From: Mustelus asterias
Taxonomy: Eukaryota
Length of the DNA: 64,000 nucleotides
Reading direction: 5' to 3'
NCBI RefSeq assembly: GCF_964213995.1
Contig: NW_027590182.1
Location: forward strand, 310,001-374,000
Shown: one piece after another, positions 24,475 to 37,656 of the stretch
Layout of the letters: each line of letters starts with the position of its first letter
How positions within the stretch are numbered: the first letter of the stretch is position 1
The notes under the pieces: model-generated
Database searches by the model: none
Told to the model about the DNA's origin: nothing
Seen by the model: the letters and a program-made list of their open reading frames with translations, nothing else
Translations under genes and position numbers: made by a program

Positions 24475-25230
24475 ATGGAAGGAAAAAGCACCGTTCAGAG
24501 TGGGGAGAAACCATACACCTGTTCTGTGTGTGGACGAGGCTTCAGTCGATCCTCAGGCTTGTCGCAACATAAATGTCTTCACACTTGGAAGGAGTCATTT
24601 TGTTCCCCATCTGAGCTGGAAATCCATCAACGCACTAACGCTGAGAAACCTTTCACTTGCTCCGAGTGTGGGAAGGGATTCAGTGATTTATCCAGCCTGC
24701 TGAGACACCGGCGAGTTCACACTGGGGAGAGGCCATTCAGCTGTACTGTGTGTGGGAAAGGATTCAATGATTTATCCAACCTGTTGAAGCACCAGCGAGT
24801 TCACGCTTTGGAGAAACCATTCACCTGCCCCAAGTGTGGGAAAGGATTCACTGATTCATCCAACATGTTGAGACATCAGCGAGTTCACGCAGACAAGAGA
24901 CCATTTAAATGTCAGGAGTGTGGGAAGGGCTTTAAAGGTTCTGAGGATCTGATGTGCCATCAGCGAGTTCACTCTGACGAGAGACCTTTCCAATGTCTGG
25001 ACTGTGGGAAGTGTTATAAAAGACGCTGGGATCTGATTTGCCATCAGCGAGTTCACTCTGACGAGATACCGTTCAGGTGCTCCAGCTGTGGGGCTGGGTT
25101 CAGGCAGTCATCTGAACTCACTGTACACCAGCGCACTCACACCAAGAAAAGACCATTCACCTGCTCCGAATGTGGAAAGGGATTCACTCGGTCATCCTAC
25201 CTGCTGAGACACCAGCAACTTCATGTGTAA
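24475..25230 (+). CDS. C2H2 zinc-finger protein E, 8 intact fingers plus 1 deleted finger
   Basis: aacATGg at 24475 ([16 protein letters not shown]...), TAA at 25228-25230. The frame is also open upstream through a likely acceptor near 24365. Confidence 0.85.
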   Translation: MEGKSTVQSGEKPYTCSVCGRGFSRSSGLSQHKCLHTWKESFCSPSELEIHQRTNAEKPFTCSECGKGFSDLSSLLRHRRVHTGERPFSCTVCGKGFNDLSNLLKHQRVHALEKPFTCPKCGKGFTDSSNMLRHQRVHADKRPFKCQECGKGFKGSEDLMCHQRVHSDERPFQCLDCGKCYKRRWDLICHQRVHSDEIPFRCSSCGAGFRQSSELTVHQRTHTKKRPFTCSECGKGFTRSSYLLRHQQLHV

Positions 25231-25599
25231 CTACAGTGACTGGATTTTGCTGTGAATCACATCCAGGACTGAACCGTGTTCATTGGGTCTGTTTCTGCTC
25301 CTATTTCTAAACTCCAGCCCAGTTACAGGGGCTAATATTTTTGCTTTGAAAAAATAGTTTGTGTAAAGTACACTGTGCTGAATCTTTTTAATAGCTGTTA
25401 GAAGTTAGTTCCTTTTAAAATTCTCACCCCCTCCCCTGTCTCCTCCATCCTCACCTCCAACAACAAGTGTGAGGAGCTCAAAGCTTTTTGTCACTAAGAT
25501 TGAGGCAATCTGATCAGCTGCCTCTGCTGCTTCCCTCTCACACTCGGCCAAACTGTCCTCCACTAAGTCTGGAACTCGCATCTTTTTCCAGTTTCCCTC

Positions 25600-27090
25600 C
25601 CATCTCTCCCTTATGTCCTGTCAGACCTCAGCTTGTCCATGACATTCCCCCCCCCTTCCCCCACCCCCCACTATGTTCCATTGACCTTATTCCTACGAAG
25701 CTGTTGACCATTCACCTCCTCCATATTAATCAATACTCTTTACAGTTCTCATTCTCTTCTAGTCCTCGCCTTCTCACCTTTAAATCCATTGTCACCACAC
25801 ACTCTGAAAAAACAATCTTTGACCTCCTCTCCAACCTCCTTTTCCTCTCCAAACCCCCTGAACTAGGTGTCCCCTGAGGATCTACCCTTGGCCCCTCCTA
25901 TTTCCCATCTACAAGCTGCCACTAGGTGACATCATCCAAAAGCACCGTGTTGGTTTTCACCTGTACACTGACAACACCCAGCTTGACCTCACCCCCATCC
26001 CCCTCCATTCCTCCACTGTTACTAAATTAACAAACTGCTTATCCCACGTACACTACTGGATGAGCAGAAATTCCTTCCAGTTAAAAATTGGGAAGATCAG
26101 TCACCACTACAATTCCCTAACTACTGAGTCCATCCCTCTCCCTGGGAACTGTCTGAGGCTGAACCACATTCTTCACAATCTCCGTGCCAGATTTGATGTC
26201 AAGATGAGTTTCTGACCACATTTCCACCCCATCACTGATCCCAGATATTTCAATCTCCATAATGTCGCCTGTCTCCACCCCACCTGCTGCTGAAACCCTC
26301 ATCCATACCCGTGTTACCCTTAAACTGGATGATTCCAATCCATTCCTGACCAGCCTCTCTCACTCACCCCAACCCCCACATTAAACATGTCTTTTTTATT
26401 CATTTGTGGACCGTGGGCATCGCTGGCTGGCCAGCAATAATTGACCATCCCTAATTGGCCCTGGAGGGCAGGTGAGTGTCAACCACATTGCTGTGGGTCT
26501 GGAGTCACATGTAGGCCAGACCAGGTAAGGACAGCAGATTTCCTTCCCTAAAGGACGTTAGTGAACCAGATGGGTTTTTCCGACAATCGACAATAGTTTC
26601 ATGGTCATCAGTAGATTCTTAATTCCAGATATTTTTTATTGAATTAAAATTCCACCACCTGCAGTGGCAGGATTCGAACCGGGGTCCCCAGAACATTGAC
26701 AATAGTCTAGCGACAATACCACCAGCCCATCGCCTCCCCACATTTGTGATTATCCAAAACTCTGCTGCCTGTGTGCTGTTCACCATCACATCCTGTGCTC
26801 ACTGAACTACATCGGGTCCACATCAGGTAATGCATTGATTTTAACATTTGCATCCTTGTTTTCAAATCCCTCCACGGCCTGTCCTTCCCAATCTCTAATC
26901 TCCAATAACACACCCTCTGAGATATCTGTGCTCTTCTCATTCTGGCCACTTGATCATCTCTGATTTTAATTACTCCACCATTCATAGCTGTGTCCTGGTG
27001 TGAAGTTCTGAAATTCCCTCCCTAAACCTCTCCGCCCCTCCATTCCCTCCCTCCTGATTAAAGATTCTCATTAAAATCTCCCACTCCTAT
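25600..27090 (+). mobile_element. L2 LINE remnants
   Basis: [39 protein letters not shown] at about 25866-25985, plus C-terminal remnants (HWVH...IDFNICILVFKSLHGLS). Confidence 0.8.
26390..26738 (-). mobile_element. Deu-domain SINE (SacSINE1-like)
   Basis: Reverse complement contains aaaaacccatctggttcactaacgtcctttagggaaggaaatctgc and a tRNA-like head. Further copies at 34153-34327 (+) and about 6900-6980 (+). Confidence 0.7.
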
Positions 27091-27414
27091 CAAGCTTTGG
27101 ACAGTATGTGGGGTTGTTGAGCTCTCCTGAGCTGAGATTGGAGCTGATTGAGCTGTGGGCCTGTAGTGGACCTCGAAGAACCGCTGTCTGGAATCTTTCC
27201 TCTCAATTCACTGACTCCCAGTGTGACTCAGTATTTTGTTACAAAATTCCTCTGAAGCACCTTGGGACGTTTTATTACATTAAACCTGTTCTATAAATAC
27301 AAGTTGTTGTTGATCCCAGCAGTCAGTTTGTACACAGTAAGATTCCACAAACAGCAATCAGTCCAACTGATCAATCCATGGTGATGTTAGTTAAAACACA
27401 AATGTTGGTCCCAC

Positions 27415-27702
27415 TGCACGGTGGCACAGTGGTTAGCAGCGCCAGGGACCTGGGTTCAATTCCAGCCTCAGGTCACTGTCTATGAGGAGTTTGCACATTC
27501 TCTCCGTGTCTATGTGGGTTTCCTCCGGGTGCTCGGTTTCCTCCCACAGTCCATAGGTTGATTGGCCATGCTAAATTGACCCTTAGTGTCAGGGGATTTG
27601 CAGAGTGGGGTTACGGGGATAGGGTCTGGGTGGGATTGTGGTTGGTGCAGACTCAATAGGCTGAATGGCCTCCTTCTGCACTGTAGGGATTCTACGATTC
27701 TA
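27415..27702 (+). mobile_element. HE1-like V-SINE
   Basis: Head gcacggtggcacagtggttagca, V-domain, tail ctgtagggattctacgattcta. Confidence 0.85.
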
Positions 27703-28019
27703 TACAGCAGGGGAACTCCCCTGTGGACTGTGTGTTGAGTTGTCGAGCGCTCTTGAGCTGAGACTGGAGCTGATTGAACTGTTGGGCCTGTTGTGGATCT
27801 TGAAGATCCGCTGTCTGGAATCTTTCCTCTCGATTCACTGACGCCCAGCTGAAATTGTTCCTGATCAGTCAATTAATTAACTCTGAAATCAATCCCTATT
27901 TAATCTTTGAAGCAAAATCTACAATCTTAAATCAGCTGTGAAAGAGAAATAAATTTCTTGTGTTCATTTAGAACCTTTCAGAACATCCCAAAGTGATTCA
28001 TATTCAATGGTGAATTCTG

Positions 28020-28560
28020 GAAGGACGAATGTGGAGAGGCAGAATAAACTAAATGGGACAACTTTAAACAGAATGCAGGAACACTGTGACCTGGGAGTGG
28101 ATGTACACAAATGCTTGACTGCGACAGGACAAGTTGATCAAGCTGTTTAAATATGAAACTAATGGAGTCCTCGGTTTATTAATGGAGACATGGATTACGA
28201 AAGCAAGGCAGTCATTGTGAATCTTTATAAATCAAGGATTAATCCTCAGCTGAAATAGTGTTAAATTCTGAGTTCTAAATTTCACTTTGGGAAAGATGTC
28301 AACGCTTTGAGAGGGTGCAGGGAAAATTTCCCAGAATAGTATCAGGGATGTGGGATTTCAGTTCTGTGGAGAGACTGAAGAAGCTGGGATTGTTCTCTTT
28401 AGAGCTGAGAAGGTTAAGGAGTGATTTAATAGAGATGTGGACACTTCTGAGGAGTTTTCATCGACACAGGAAGAAACTGTATCCATTGGCAGGATGGTTG
28501 GTAACTGCAGAACACAACTTTAAAATAATCAGCAAAAAATCCAGGATGGAGATATGGAAA
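28020..28560 (+). mobile_element. Old CR1 fragment
   Basis: ERLKKLGLFSLELRRLRSDLIE in ORF 28315..28620. Confidence 0.8.
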
Positions 28561-29169
28561 CGCAGAATGCACTCAGCTGCCATGGCAACAAACACTCCAT
28601 TTGTTGGTTCGGGGGGTTGAGTGGAACTTTCCAGTTTGAAGTGTCATCATTCATTGTTTTGTACATTAGGCCACATCTACAAACCTCACTCACACTTCCA
28701 ATGAAGAGGAACAAATGTGGATGGATGGATCACTTTGAGAAGCTCTCTGCTGTCTGTGATTTTTCCCTCTCAAATGCCCTTTATATAAATCAAATTTCTG
28801 TGAGTTTTTTGTCACTCACTCAATTGTCCATCAGTCAGGGGCAGATATTCAAGGTAATCCCTGCTATTTCCATTGTCCATTAAGTCATTTTGTGGCTCAT
28901 CACTTGCTCGGACATCCTGTTTAATCTTTACTCAGACAGTTGGTTTACATGTGGGTTTTGAGAACTCCTGAACCCCATCAAGTTTGTCTTGTTTCAGGTT
29001 CTGTGCCAGTGACATGTCCTTGGCAGATATAATAGGCCGACACTGTCCTATGTTTGTCGACCCAGGAAGCTTTCCTGATAAGAAAGAGATATTCCTATAA
29101 TATTCAATACATTGCTAAATATTTTATCACACAGTGATTCCTTACAGATCTCCCCACCTTGAGAAGGAA

Positions 29170-29372
29170 ATAAAAGCAAAATACTGCAGACGCTGGAATC
29201 TGAAACAGAAACAGAAAATGCTGGAAAATTCCAACACTTCTGACAGCATCTGTGGAGAGAGAATAGAGCCAATGTTTCGAGTCTGACTGACTCCCTGCCT
29301 CAAAACATTGGCTATATTCTCGCTCCACAGATGCTGTCAGACTTATTGAGATTTTCCCATTTTCTATTTTTG
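29170..29372. mobile_element. Penelope-like family B fold-back
   Basis: Inverted arms at about 29215-29283 and 29299-29360, meeting at the hammerhead stem II remnant. Confidence 0.6.
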
Positions 29373-30474
29373 AAAAGGAATATCTTACTGAATTCTCACT
29401 AATTTCTTACTAACCTCACTATTTCTAAACTATGAGCTTGTTTTCCTCATTTTTTGATGACATCCCATGGATAACATAGTAAACCTACTTGAATGATCAG
29501 AATCAGCAACACAAACCCTTCAGCTGCCATTAAGAATAACTATAAAACCTTTTCCAGTAAATGTGATAACGATCAACTTTGATTCATCCTCCCCACCGTG
29601 CAGGTCATCTCACACAACTTTAAATTATTGACATGTTGTCAATACATCTGGTTCAAACAAAACTTCATGCACGGACTTTAAATATTCTCCAGCTCCCTGT
29701 TCATCTGCATCCACCTTGTGGATATTTTCTAACGGATACTGGACCCTCTTCAACTTAATTTCACCTTTCTGAACTGGTTTAGAAATCCAATTATATAGGA
29801 TTTACTCGTAATCCCCATCACCACCTTCTCCAATCCCCAGGATATCTCTCAGCCCCGGCCTGTCAGACTTTCTCTGTCAGATTATCTATCAGTCATTCCC
29901 TGTAATGAGGCAGTGCCATTGTATAGTCCTGGCTTCACTTAGGAACTTCTCCATTCATGTTTAACGAAGACTGATCCCACTCCGAACTTGTAAGATTTAG
30001 CTCCGCAAATCACAGATTCCCCAAAAAGGGTGTTGAGCTCAGAAGTGATTTGAAGTATTTCATTGAGAAGCAACAGTTTGAATATGATGCAGAAGCCAAA
30101 TAAACAGGAAAAACCCACAAACTGGCAGGTAAAAATGGTTTACCAGTCCCAGAGAGAGTGCTGGTCTCTGTAGCTGGTGGCTGCAGTCTCCTCTGAATGG
30201 TTTACTGGTGTGAACCAGAGTGTGGGTATTGGGCTGAAGGCAGTACGGATCACTTCAAAATCCCTTTGCTCTCAAGAGCCTGTTTTAAACTTCACACAGG
30301 CAGCTGGTTTATGTACGGGTCATGAGATCCGATTGTATCAGGGTTATAAATCTCTTGTTTCAGGGTCTCGCGACATTGTCCTTGGCAGAGATAACAAGCC
30401 TGTCCTGTGTTTCAAAAACAGAAAATGCTGGAAAATTTCAGCTGGTCTGACAGCATCTGGAGGGAGAAAAATAG

Positions 30475-30513
30475 AGCCGATGTTTTGAGTCTGGATGACC
30501 CTTCGTCAGAGCT
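30475..30513 (-). ncRNA. Hammerhead-like motif (family B, C3-G8 form), CpG-decayed
   Basis: Reverse complement reads AGCT-CTGACGA-A-GGGTC-atcca-GACTC-AAA-ACAT-C-GGCT. Lies in a family B fragment at about 30412-30513. Confidence 0.55.
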
Positions 30514-31116
30514 GCGATGGAAGCTTTCTTCATAAGACAGAGAGTGAGCTACTTCTATAATCCAGAATATTCTGAAAATTTTATAAAGTTATTAGATAAC
30601 AATTTCTTACAGTCCGTTACTTGGATTGAACTTGTCTCCACTCCCGGGCTGAGGGGAATTCTGTACCAGACGGGAGGGGTAACATTTGGGATCTCTCGAT
30701 TCTCCACCAATTTCCATTCCCCTTCTTTCTGGTGGATAATGGAGGTGTGACTGTGTGTAATGTGCAGATCAGTAAGAATTGTCAGCAAGGATTAATCAGC
30801 ATTTTAATTGGAGATGTTAATCAGTGGAACCTCTCAGACACTGAATTGTAAAGTTTGTACCGAAGATCAATTTGGGATTGAAGTAAGAAGTTCAGAATCC
30901 TGTTCGTAAATTAATTTCTGATGCGAGTTGCTGAATTATGGGGAAAGGTCGCAGACAGAGGTTCTTAAAGGGACACTGCAGCCCAGAGAACGCAATCAGC
31001 TCTAGATCCAGAATATTAAACTCCAGCCTAGTTACTGAGTATAAACAAACTCCAGCTGTCAGAATGAAAGGGCCTGGTTGTCATTAACAGCAGCAATAAC
31101 AGCAGAATCCAATCCC

Positions 31117-31367
<251 letters not shown>

Positions 31368-31814
31368 GGTGTCGGTGTCATCATGTCACTCCAGGTTGAT
31401 GATCAGTTGAAGCCTCGTCCACACACACAACATGTGTACAGCTTCTCCCCTCTGTGAACAATGTGATGTTTTTTCAGGCTGTGTAACTGTTTAAAGCTCT
31501 TTCCACAGTCAGTTCACTGGAACACTCTCACTCGGGTGTGTGTGTGTCTCGGTGATTTTCCAATCCCATTGATTTATGAAATCTTTTCCCACAGACAGAA
31601 CAGATAAACATTTTTCCTTCCACATTCAAAGACCAATGATATTCAGCTCCTGATGAATCGAGTGACTCTCAGATTTTGACATGATGTTTGTTCTGACTTT
31701 TCTGTCTGGAACTCCTCTCACTCTCACCCCCTGTAAAAGGAGTTTACAGAAGTTATCAGTGTAAATAGAGGACAGAAATTCAGAGCAGACAATTCTAGTT
31801 TCTGTGGAAGCTTT

Positions 31815-33140
31815 CAAGGGAACAGAGGAATTAGGAGCAGAAGTTGGTAAACTCAGCTCTTCGAGCTGCTCCGCCATTCAATCAGATCATGGCTGATCTC
31901 TCCCTGGTCTCAAATCCACCTCCCCACCTGTTTATACTCCAGATTCTTTACAATAAATACCAACATCCCATTTGCCTTTTTTATGACATGCTGCACCTGC
32001 AGACCGACTTTCTGTGATTCATGAACATAGACACCCAGATCCCTCTGCCTGGACACATTTTGAATCTGCTTTCCATTTAGATAATTAGCCTTTCCATTTT
32101 TTTCTGTCAGTGGATAACCTCACACCTATCCACACTAAACTCCATCTGCCAAACTTTTGCCCATTCTCCTAACCTATCTATATCCATCTGTGGAATCTTT
32201 ATATCCTCTTCACTGACTGCTTTCCCACCTATTTTAGTGTCATCCGCAAATTTTGCTGTGTTACACTCTGTCCCTGGTTGCAGATCATTTATATCGATTG
32301 TCGAGTTGAGGTCTGAAGACTGACCCCTGCAGCACCCCATTAGTTACATTTTGCCAGCCAGAGAAGGACCCATTTATCCCGACCCTCTGCTTTCTGTCAG
32401 TGAGCCAATCCTCAATCCAATCTAGTGCAATACCCCCAATCCCCTGCGATCTCAACTTCTGGATCGGTCTTTTATGTGGCACCTTGTCAAACGACTTCTG
32501 GAAGTCTATATATACCACATCCACAGGTTCCCCACTATCCACCTTGCTGGTTATATCCTCAAAGAATTCAAGCAAGTTTGTCAAACATGACTTACCCTGA
32601 ATAAAACCATGCTGACAATGGATTGAGCTTTGACGTTCCAAATGCTCATTCATCTCCTCCTTAACGATTGATTCCAGCAACTTCCTCACTACAGAGGTCA
32701 AGCGAACTGGCCTTTGCTTTCCTACTTTTTTCCCTCTCCCTTTTTGAATAAAGGCATCACATTAGCGTGTTTCCAATCCACCGAGACCTTACCAGAAACC
32801 AAGGAATTTTAAAATATCACAACTAATGCATCCACTATCTCTGCTGCCACCTCCTTTAATACCCGAGGGTGCAGGCCATCAGGCCCCAGAGACTTATCTG
32901 CCTTTAATCCTTTTAGTTTATTCAACACTGTCTCCCTAGTGATGGTTATTGTACCAAGTTCCTCTACATTAACGATAGTTTTTGGAAAATCTTCATGATT
33001 CTCTACCATGAAGACAGAGGCAAAATATTGGTTTGTGTCTCTGCCATCTCTGTGTTCCCCATCATCAGTATTGTCCTCTAAAGGACCAACATTTACTTTA
33101 GCTATTCTCTTCCTCTTTGTATACTTATAGTTCCCCCATA
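31815..33140 (-). mobile_element. CR1 LINE fragments
   Basis: GPDGLHPRVLKEVAAEIVDAL, QHGFIQGKSCLTNLLEFF and KFADDTKIGG in ORFs 32809..33174, 32285..32701 and 32107..32340. Confidence 0.95.
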
Positions 33141-33419
33141 TATACTTCCCCAGATCTGTAACTGTGTCCCACACACTCCTGTCCCTCTCTGCTCATTGCT
33201 CCAGATTCAGTCTGATTCTCTCTCCTCCTGTCCTTAAACTGGTGACTCAGGCTGTTGGTCCATTCCTTCACTCTCATCCCAACAAATTATGCAGCTCACA
33301 ACAACAAATCAACTTTAATGACTTTATTACTGATTTTAAATATCCAGAAATAATCACCTTTTCTCAGTTGGGCCTTTGCTCCAGGTTATGATTCCACAAC
33401 AATGAAGAGAGAGGATTCG

Positions 33420-33545
33420 CTGGTTGGCTGGAGAGCCGAGAGGGAGCAGCTGGAGGACCAAGCGGGAGCGGCTGGTCCTCCAACCAACTAGAGTGAATGA
33501 GGGGCGGGCTGGAGGACCGAGAGGGAGCGGAGTGCCCCCTCCAGT
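33420..33545. promoter_or_regulatory. Partial type-2 promoter module P3, upstream of pseudogene F
   Basis: ctggaggaccaagcgggagcggctggtcctccaacca..agagtgaatgaggggcggg matches 19798-19850 and the reverse complement of 61316-61374. Confidence 0.55.
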
Positions 33546-33589
33546 CCTGCTCCAGAATCTGTGGAATCTTGTGCCTTTATTCACTTGTT

Positions 33590-33904
33590 AGACTCATAGA
33601 ATCCCTAGAGGAGGCCATTCAGCCCATCGAGTCTGCACCGACCACAATCTCACCCAGGCTCTATCCCCATAACCCATGCATTTACCCTAGCTAGTCCCCC
33701 TGACACTAAGGGGCAATTTAGCATGTCCAATCCACCTAACCAGCACACCTTTGGGCTGTGGGACAAAACCGGAGCACCCGGGGGAAACCCACACAGACAC
33801 AGGGAGAATGCGCAAACTCCACACAGACAGTCACCCAAGCCGGGAATCGAACTTGGGGCCCCTGGTGCTGAGGCAGCAGTGCTGACCACTGTGCCACCGT
33901 GCCA
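33590..33904 (-). mobile_element. HE1-like V-SINE
   Basis: Full head, V-domain and tail on the - strand. Confidence 0.9.
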
Positions 33905-34611
33905 CTTGTCAAGTGTCTTGAATCGCAACCATTATTTCAATCAAAGTGTTTATTGTCCCTAACTGGATCTCCCCTCACATCCCGGGGTCTGGTCAAGGAT
34001 CGTAACAATAAATAAGGGGGTGAAAATTTATCGGGGTGGGTGGGTATATGGAGTTGAGGTTACAATCAGATCAGACATTATCTTATTGAATGGTAGGCCA
34101 GACTCAAGGGGCCAAGTAGCTGACTCCTCCTAATTCCTATATCTGCATGTATGTTCACTAATGTCCTTTAGGGAAGGAAATCTGCCGTCCTTACCTGGTC
34201 TGGCCTACATGTGACACCAAAGCCACAGCAATGTGGTTGTTTCTTAAATGCCCACCAAGGGCAACTAGGGATGGGCAATAAATGCTGGCCAGCCAACGAC
34301 GACCATATCCCACAAATGAATAAAAAAATGTTGCAATGATAGCCATGCAGTTGATATCAATGTATTTATATTGTTTTTTTTTCTTATTTAAGGAGGGGGG
34401 GGGGGGTGTTTAAAATTTCAGATTTATTCTGTAGACAGCCAGTGTGACTGGAAAACATTTAGCTTCAGGGTGTAAAAGCAAGTTGGAACAAAAGGTCCAG
34501 TGGTTAGGTCAGAGCTTCCTTCTCCCCAGGTCTGTTCTAACAAACTGTGTCCATCTGAGCTACATTTATACAAACTCACTCACTCAGTAAGTGATCAGAT
34601 TTCACTGAACT

Positions 34612-34845
34612 ACAACAACAACTTATATTAATGTAGTGCTTTTCACATAAAATATCCTAAGCAGTTACACAGGAACAAAAGGACATATTGCGTCAGATGA
34701 TCCAAAGAGATTGGTTATAAGGAGAGTCTTTAGGGAGGAAAGTGAAGTGGAAAGGTGGAGAGGTTGAGGGAGGAAATTCCAGAGCTTAGGGTCCAGGCAG
34801 CTGAAGGCACGGCCACCAATGGTGGAGTGATTTAAATCATGGGTG
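34612..34845 (-). mobile_element. L2 LINE 3' end
   Basis: STIGGRAFSCLDPKLWNFLP...SSLKTLL in ORF 34665..34853. (ttg)n-type tail. Confidence 0.75.
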
Positions 34846-35489
34846 AAGGACAACTGGGAAAGGACATCTGGGAACGGGGCTCCATGTGTGTGGCCCCATA
34901 GCCCAGGCTCAAGGCTCTAATCTGAACTTTGGGACAGAGTTTGACTGTCCCTGGTCTCACAGAAAAACAATTCCCCCGATAAACATCTTGTAAGATCTGT
35001 GTTTATTGATACCATAAAAAGTTGGGGCCAGTCCAGTCCTCCTGTGTACAGGATGGGATTGATTTTAACAGATTTAAACTCCTCTGGATCTCAGTGTTAC
35101 AACTTGAATATCTTTCGGTTAAAAATGAAAATAAATAAATATTGGAAAAGTGAACAGAACAAAAATGGGGAAACAGACACAACCCCCTTCATGTTCACTG
35201 AACATTCCTTCACCCACTCATCCACCCAGTGGCTCCCAGCCGGATCGACAATCAGCACAAAGCCAGAGAGAGGGGGAGCTGGTCCTCGGGATGTAACAAT
35301 GGACAAGGGCTGGAAGTTTACAGTTTATGGTCATGACCTGCTTGGAGGCAAGTCAGAGCCGTGCTTGAAGCTCCATGGAGGCAGCCACTTTCTCCATGAT
35401 AGACAGTCTCTGGAACCTCCACCAGCCCCACAACCTCCGAGCTCCCTGCCCTCCTCCAATTAGGGAAGAAGGTGACTCAGTGGTAACGT

Positions 35490-35812
35490 CTTTGATTTGA
35501 TTTATTATTATCACCTGTATTGGGATACTGTGAAAAGTATTGTTTCTTTCACAACATACAGACAAAAAACATACTGTTCATAGAGTACATCAGGGAGAAG
35601 GAAAGGAGAATGTGCAGTAAATAGTGTTAAAGTCATAGCTAGGGTGAAGAGAAAGATCAGCTTAATGCAAGATAGGTCCATTCAAGAGTCTGATGGCAGC
35701 AGACAAGGTGTTCTTGAGTCGGTTGGTACGTGATCTCAGACTTGAATGCTTTCTATGGTGCATCTGTAAAAGTTGGTGAGAGTCATGGCAGACATGCCGT
35801 ATTTCCTCGGCA
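35490..35812 (-). mobile_element. Rex1/Babar 3' fragment
   Basis: (tttga)n tail and similarity to the reverse complement of 18080-18160 and 19275-19468. Confidence 0.75.
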
Positions 35813-35817
35813 TCATT

Positions 35818-36354
35818 AAGTCTCACAATACCAGGTTAAAGTCCAACAGGTTTATTTGGTAGCACAAGCTTTCAGAGCGCAGCCCCTTCCTCAGGTGAGT
35901 GAAGAATTGGGTTCACAAACAGGGCATATACAGACACAAACTCAATTACAAGATAATGGTTGGAATGTGAGTCTTAACAGGTAATCAAGTCTTTACAGGT
36001 GCAGACAATGCGAGTGGAGAGAGGGTTAAGCACAGGTTAAAGAGGTGTGAATTGTCTCAAGCCAGGACAGTTAGTGAGATTTTGAGACCATGCAGACGCT
36101 ACAACAATGGATGAAAAGACACCGCTCGACAATCACCAGGCAGGAGTGTACTCTTCCTGTCGGGGAACACTCACAGGCATTCAGCCTCTGATCTTCGGGT
36201 AAGCGTTCTCCAAGGCGGCCTTCAAGACACACGATAATGCAGAATCTCCGAGCAGAAACTGATAGCCAAGTTCCGCACACACGAGGACGGCCTCAACTGG
36301 GATCTTGGGTCCATGTCACACTATCTGTAATCCCCACGACTTGCCTGGGCTTGC
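35818..36354. mobile_element. Penelope-like element family A: inverted 3' UTR (-, 35818-36083) joined to a GIY-YIG endonuclease C-terminus (+, 36084-36354)
   Basis: + strand ETMQTLQQWMKRHRSTITRQECTLPVGEH...SEQKLIAKFRTHEDGLNWDLGSMSHYL*. The - arm matches 57415-57690. Confidence 0.85.
35863..35897 (-). ncRNA. Minimal hammerhead ribozyme motif (family A), core intact
   Basis: Reverse complement reads CAC-CTGAGGA-A-GGGGC-tgc-GCTCT-GAA-AGCT-T-GTG. Confidence 0.72.
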
Positions 36355-37640
36355 CGAGTCTGCATTCTCTGGTGTTTCAAAGAATGAAAGGTGATCTCAT
36401 TGAAACTTACAAAATATTTAAAGGGATAGACAGGGGAGGTGCAGATGAGATGTTTTCCCTGGGGAGTCGAGAACCAGGAGACACAATTTCCAAATAAAGG
36501 GGAATCCACTTAGGTCCAGTCTCAGGGGAGATATTTATTTTTTAAAAGTTCATTATTACTGTCACAAGTAGGCCTACATTAACACTGAAATGAAGTTACT
36601 GTGAAAATCTCCTCACTGCCACACTCCGCACCTGTTCGGGTTCACTCAGAGGGTTGTGAATCTTTGAAATTCTCTACCCCAGAGGGCTGTGGAAGTTCAG
36701 TCATTGAGTGTTTTTAAAGCAGAGATTGATAGATTTCTAAATACCAATATCACAAAGGGATATGGGGATAGTGTGGGGGAAAAGGCCTTGAAGTGGATGT
36801 TCAGCCCTGATTGGATTGAATGGTCGAGCAGGCTCGATGGGCTGAATGGCCAGCTCCTGCTCCTATGTTCCAATGATACAAAGATAGGCAGGAGAGTAAG
36901 TCGTGAAGAGGTGGTAAGGAGATACAAAGTGATGCAGAAAAGTGAGTGGGAAAAGATATGGTAAATGGAATATAGTGCGGGAAAATGTGAAATTGTCAAA
37001 TTTGGCTGAGAGAATAAAAGATTTATTATCTAAATGGTGAGAAATTGCAGAGCTCTGAGATTCAGAGGAATCTGGGTGTCCAAGAGTATCCTTTATAATA
37101 GATAGTAGCATTTTCCCTCCTACTGAGGGAAAACAGTTTAAGGCTAACAGGTCTGTGGTTCCCATTTTCTCTCTCTCCCCTTAAACAGTGGGGTTACATT
37201 TTCCATCTTCCAATCTGCAGCAACCATTCCAGAATCTATAGAATTTGGAAAGATGACCACCAGTGTATCCACTATCTCCACAGACACATTGTTTGGTTTC
37301 TCTGCCATTTTCCTATTTCCTATTATAAACTCTCCTGTGTCCGCCTGGAATGGACCCACATTTGTCTTTGTGAATCTTTTCCTTTTCACATACCGATAGG
37401 AGCTTTTTCAATCAGTTTTTATGTTTCGCTCGTTTGCACTCATATTCAATTTTCTCTTTCTTTATCAGTTTCTTGGTCCTTCTTTGTTGAATTCTAAAAC
37501 AAGTTCCCAATCCTTGGCCTTATGAATATTTTGGCCACTTTGAGTCTCTTCCACGGATCTAATTGAATCTTTAACTTTTCTTGTAAGCCATAGTTGCTTC
37601 ACTTTTCCCATTGGATTTTTGTTCCTTAAAGGAATCTATA
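36355..37640. mobile_element. CR1 fragments (+ about 36355-37090; - about 37095-37640)
   Basis: RMKGDLIETYKI and VFKAEIDRFL on the + strand; KTNVGPFQADTGEFIIGN and DWKMENVTPLFK on the - strand. Confidence 0.85.
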
Positions 37641-37656
37641 TTTGTTATATATATGT

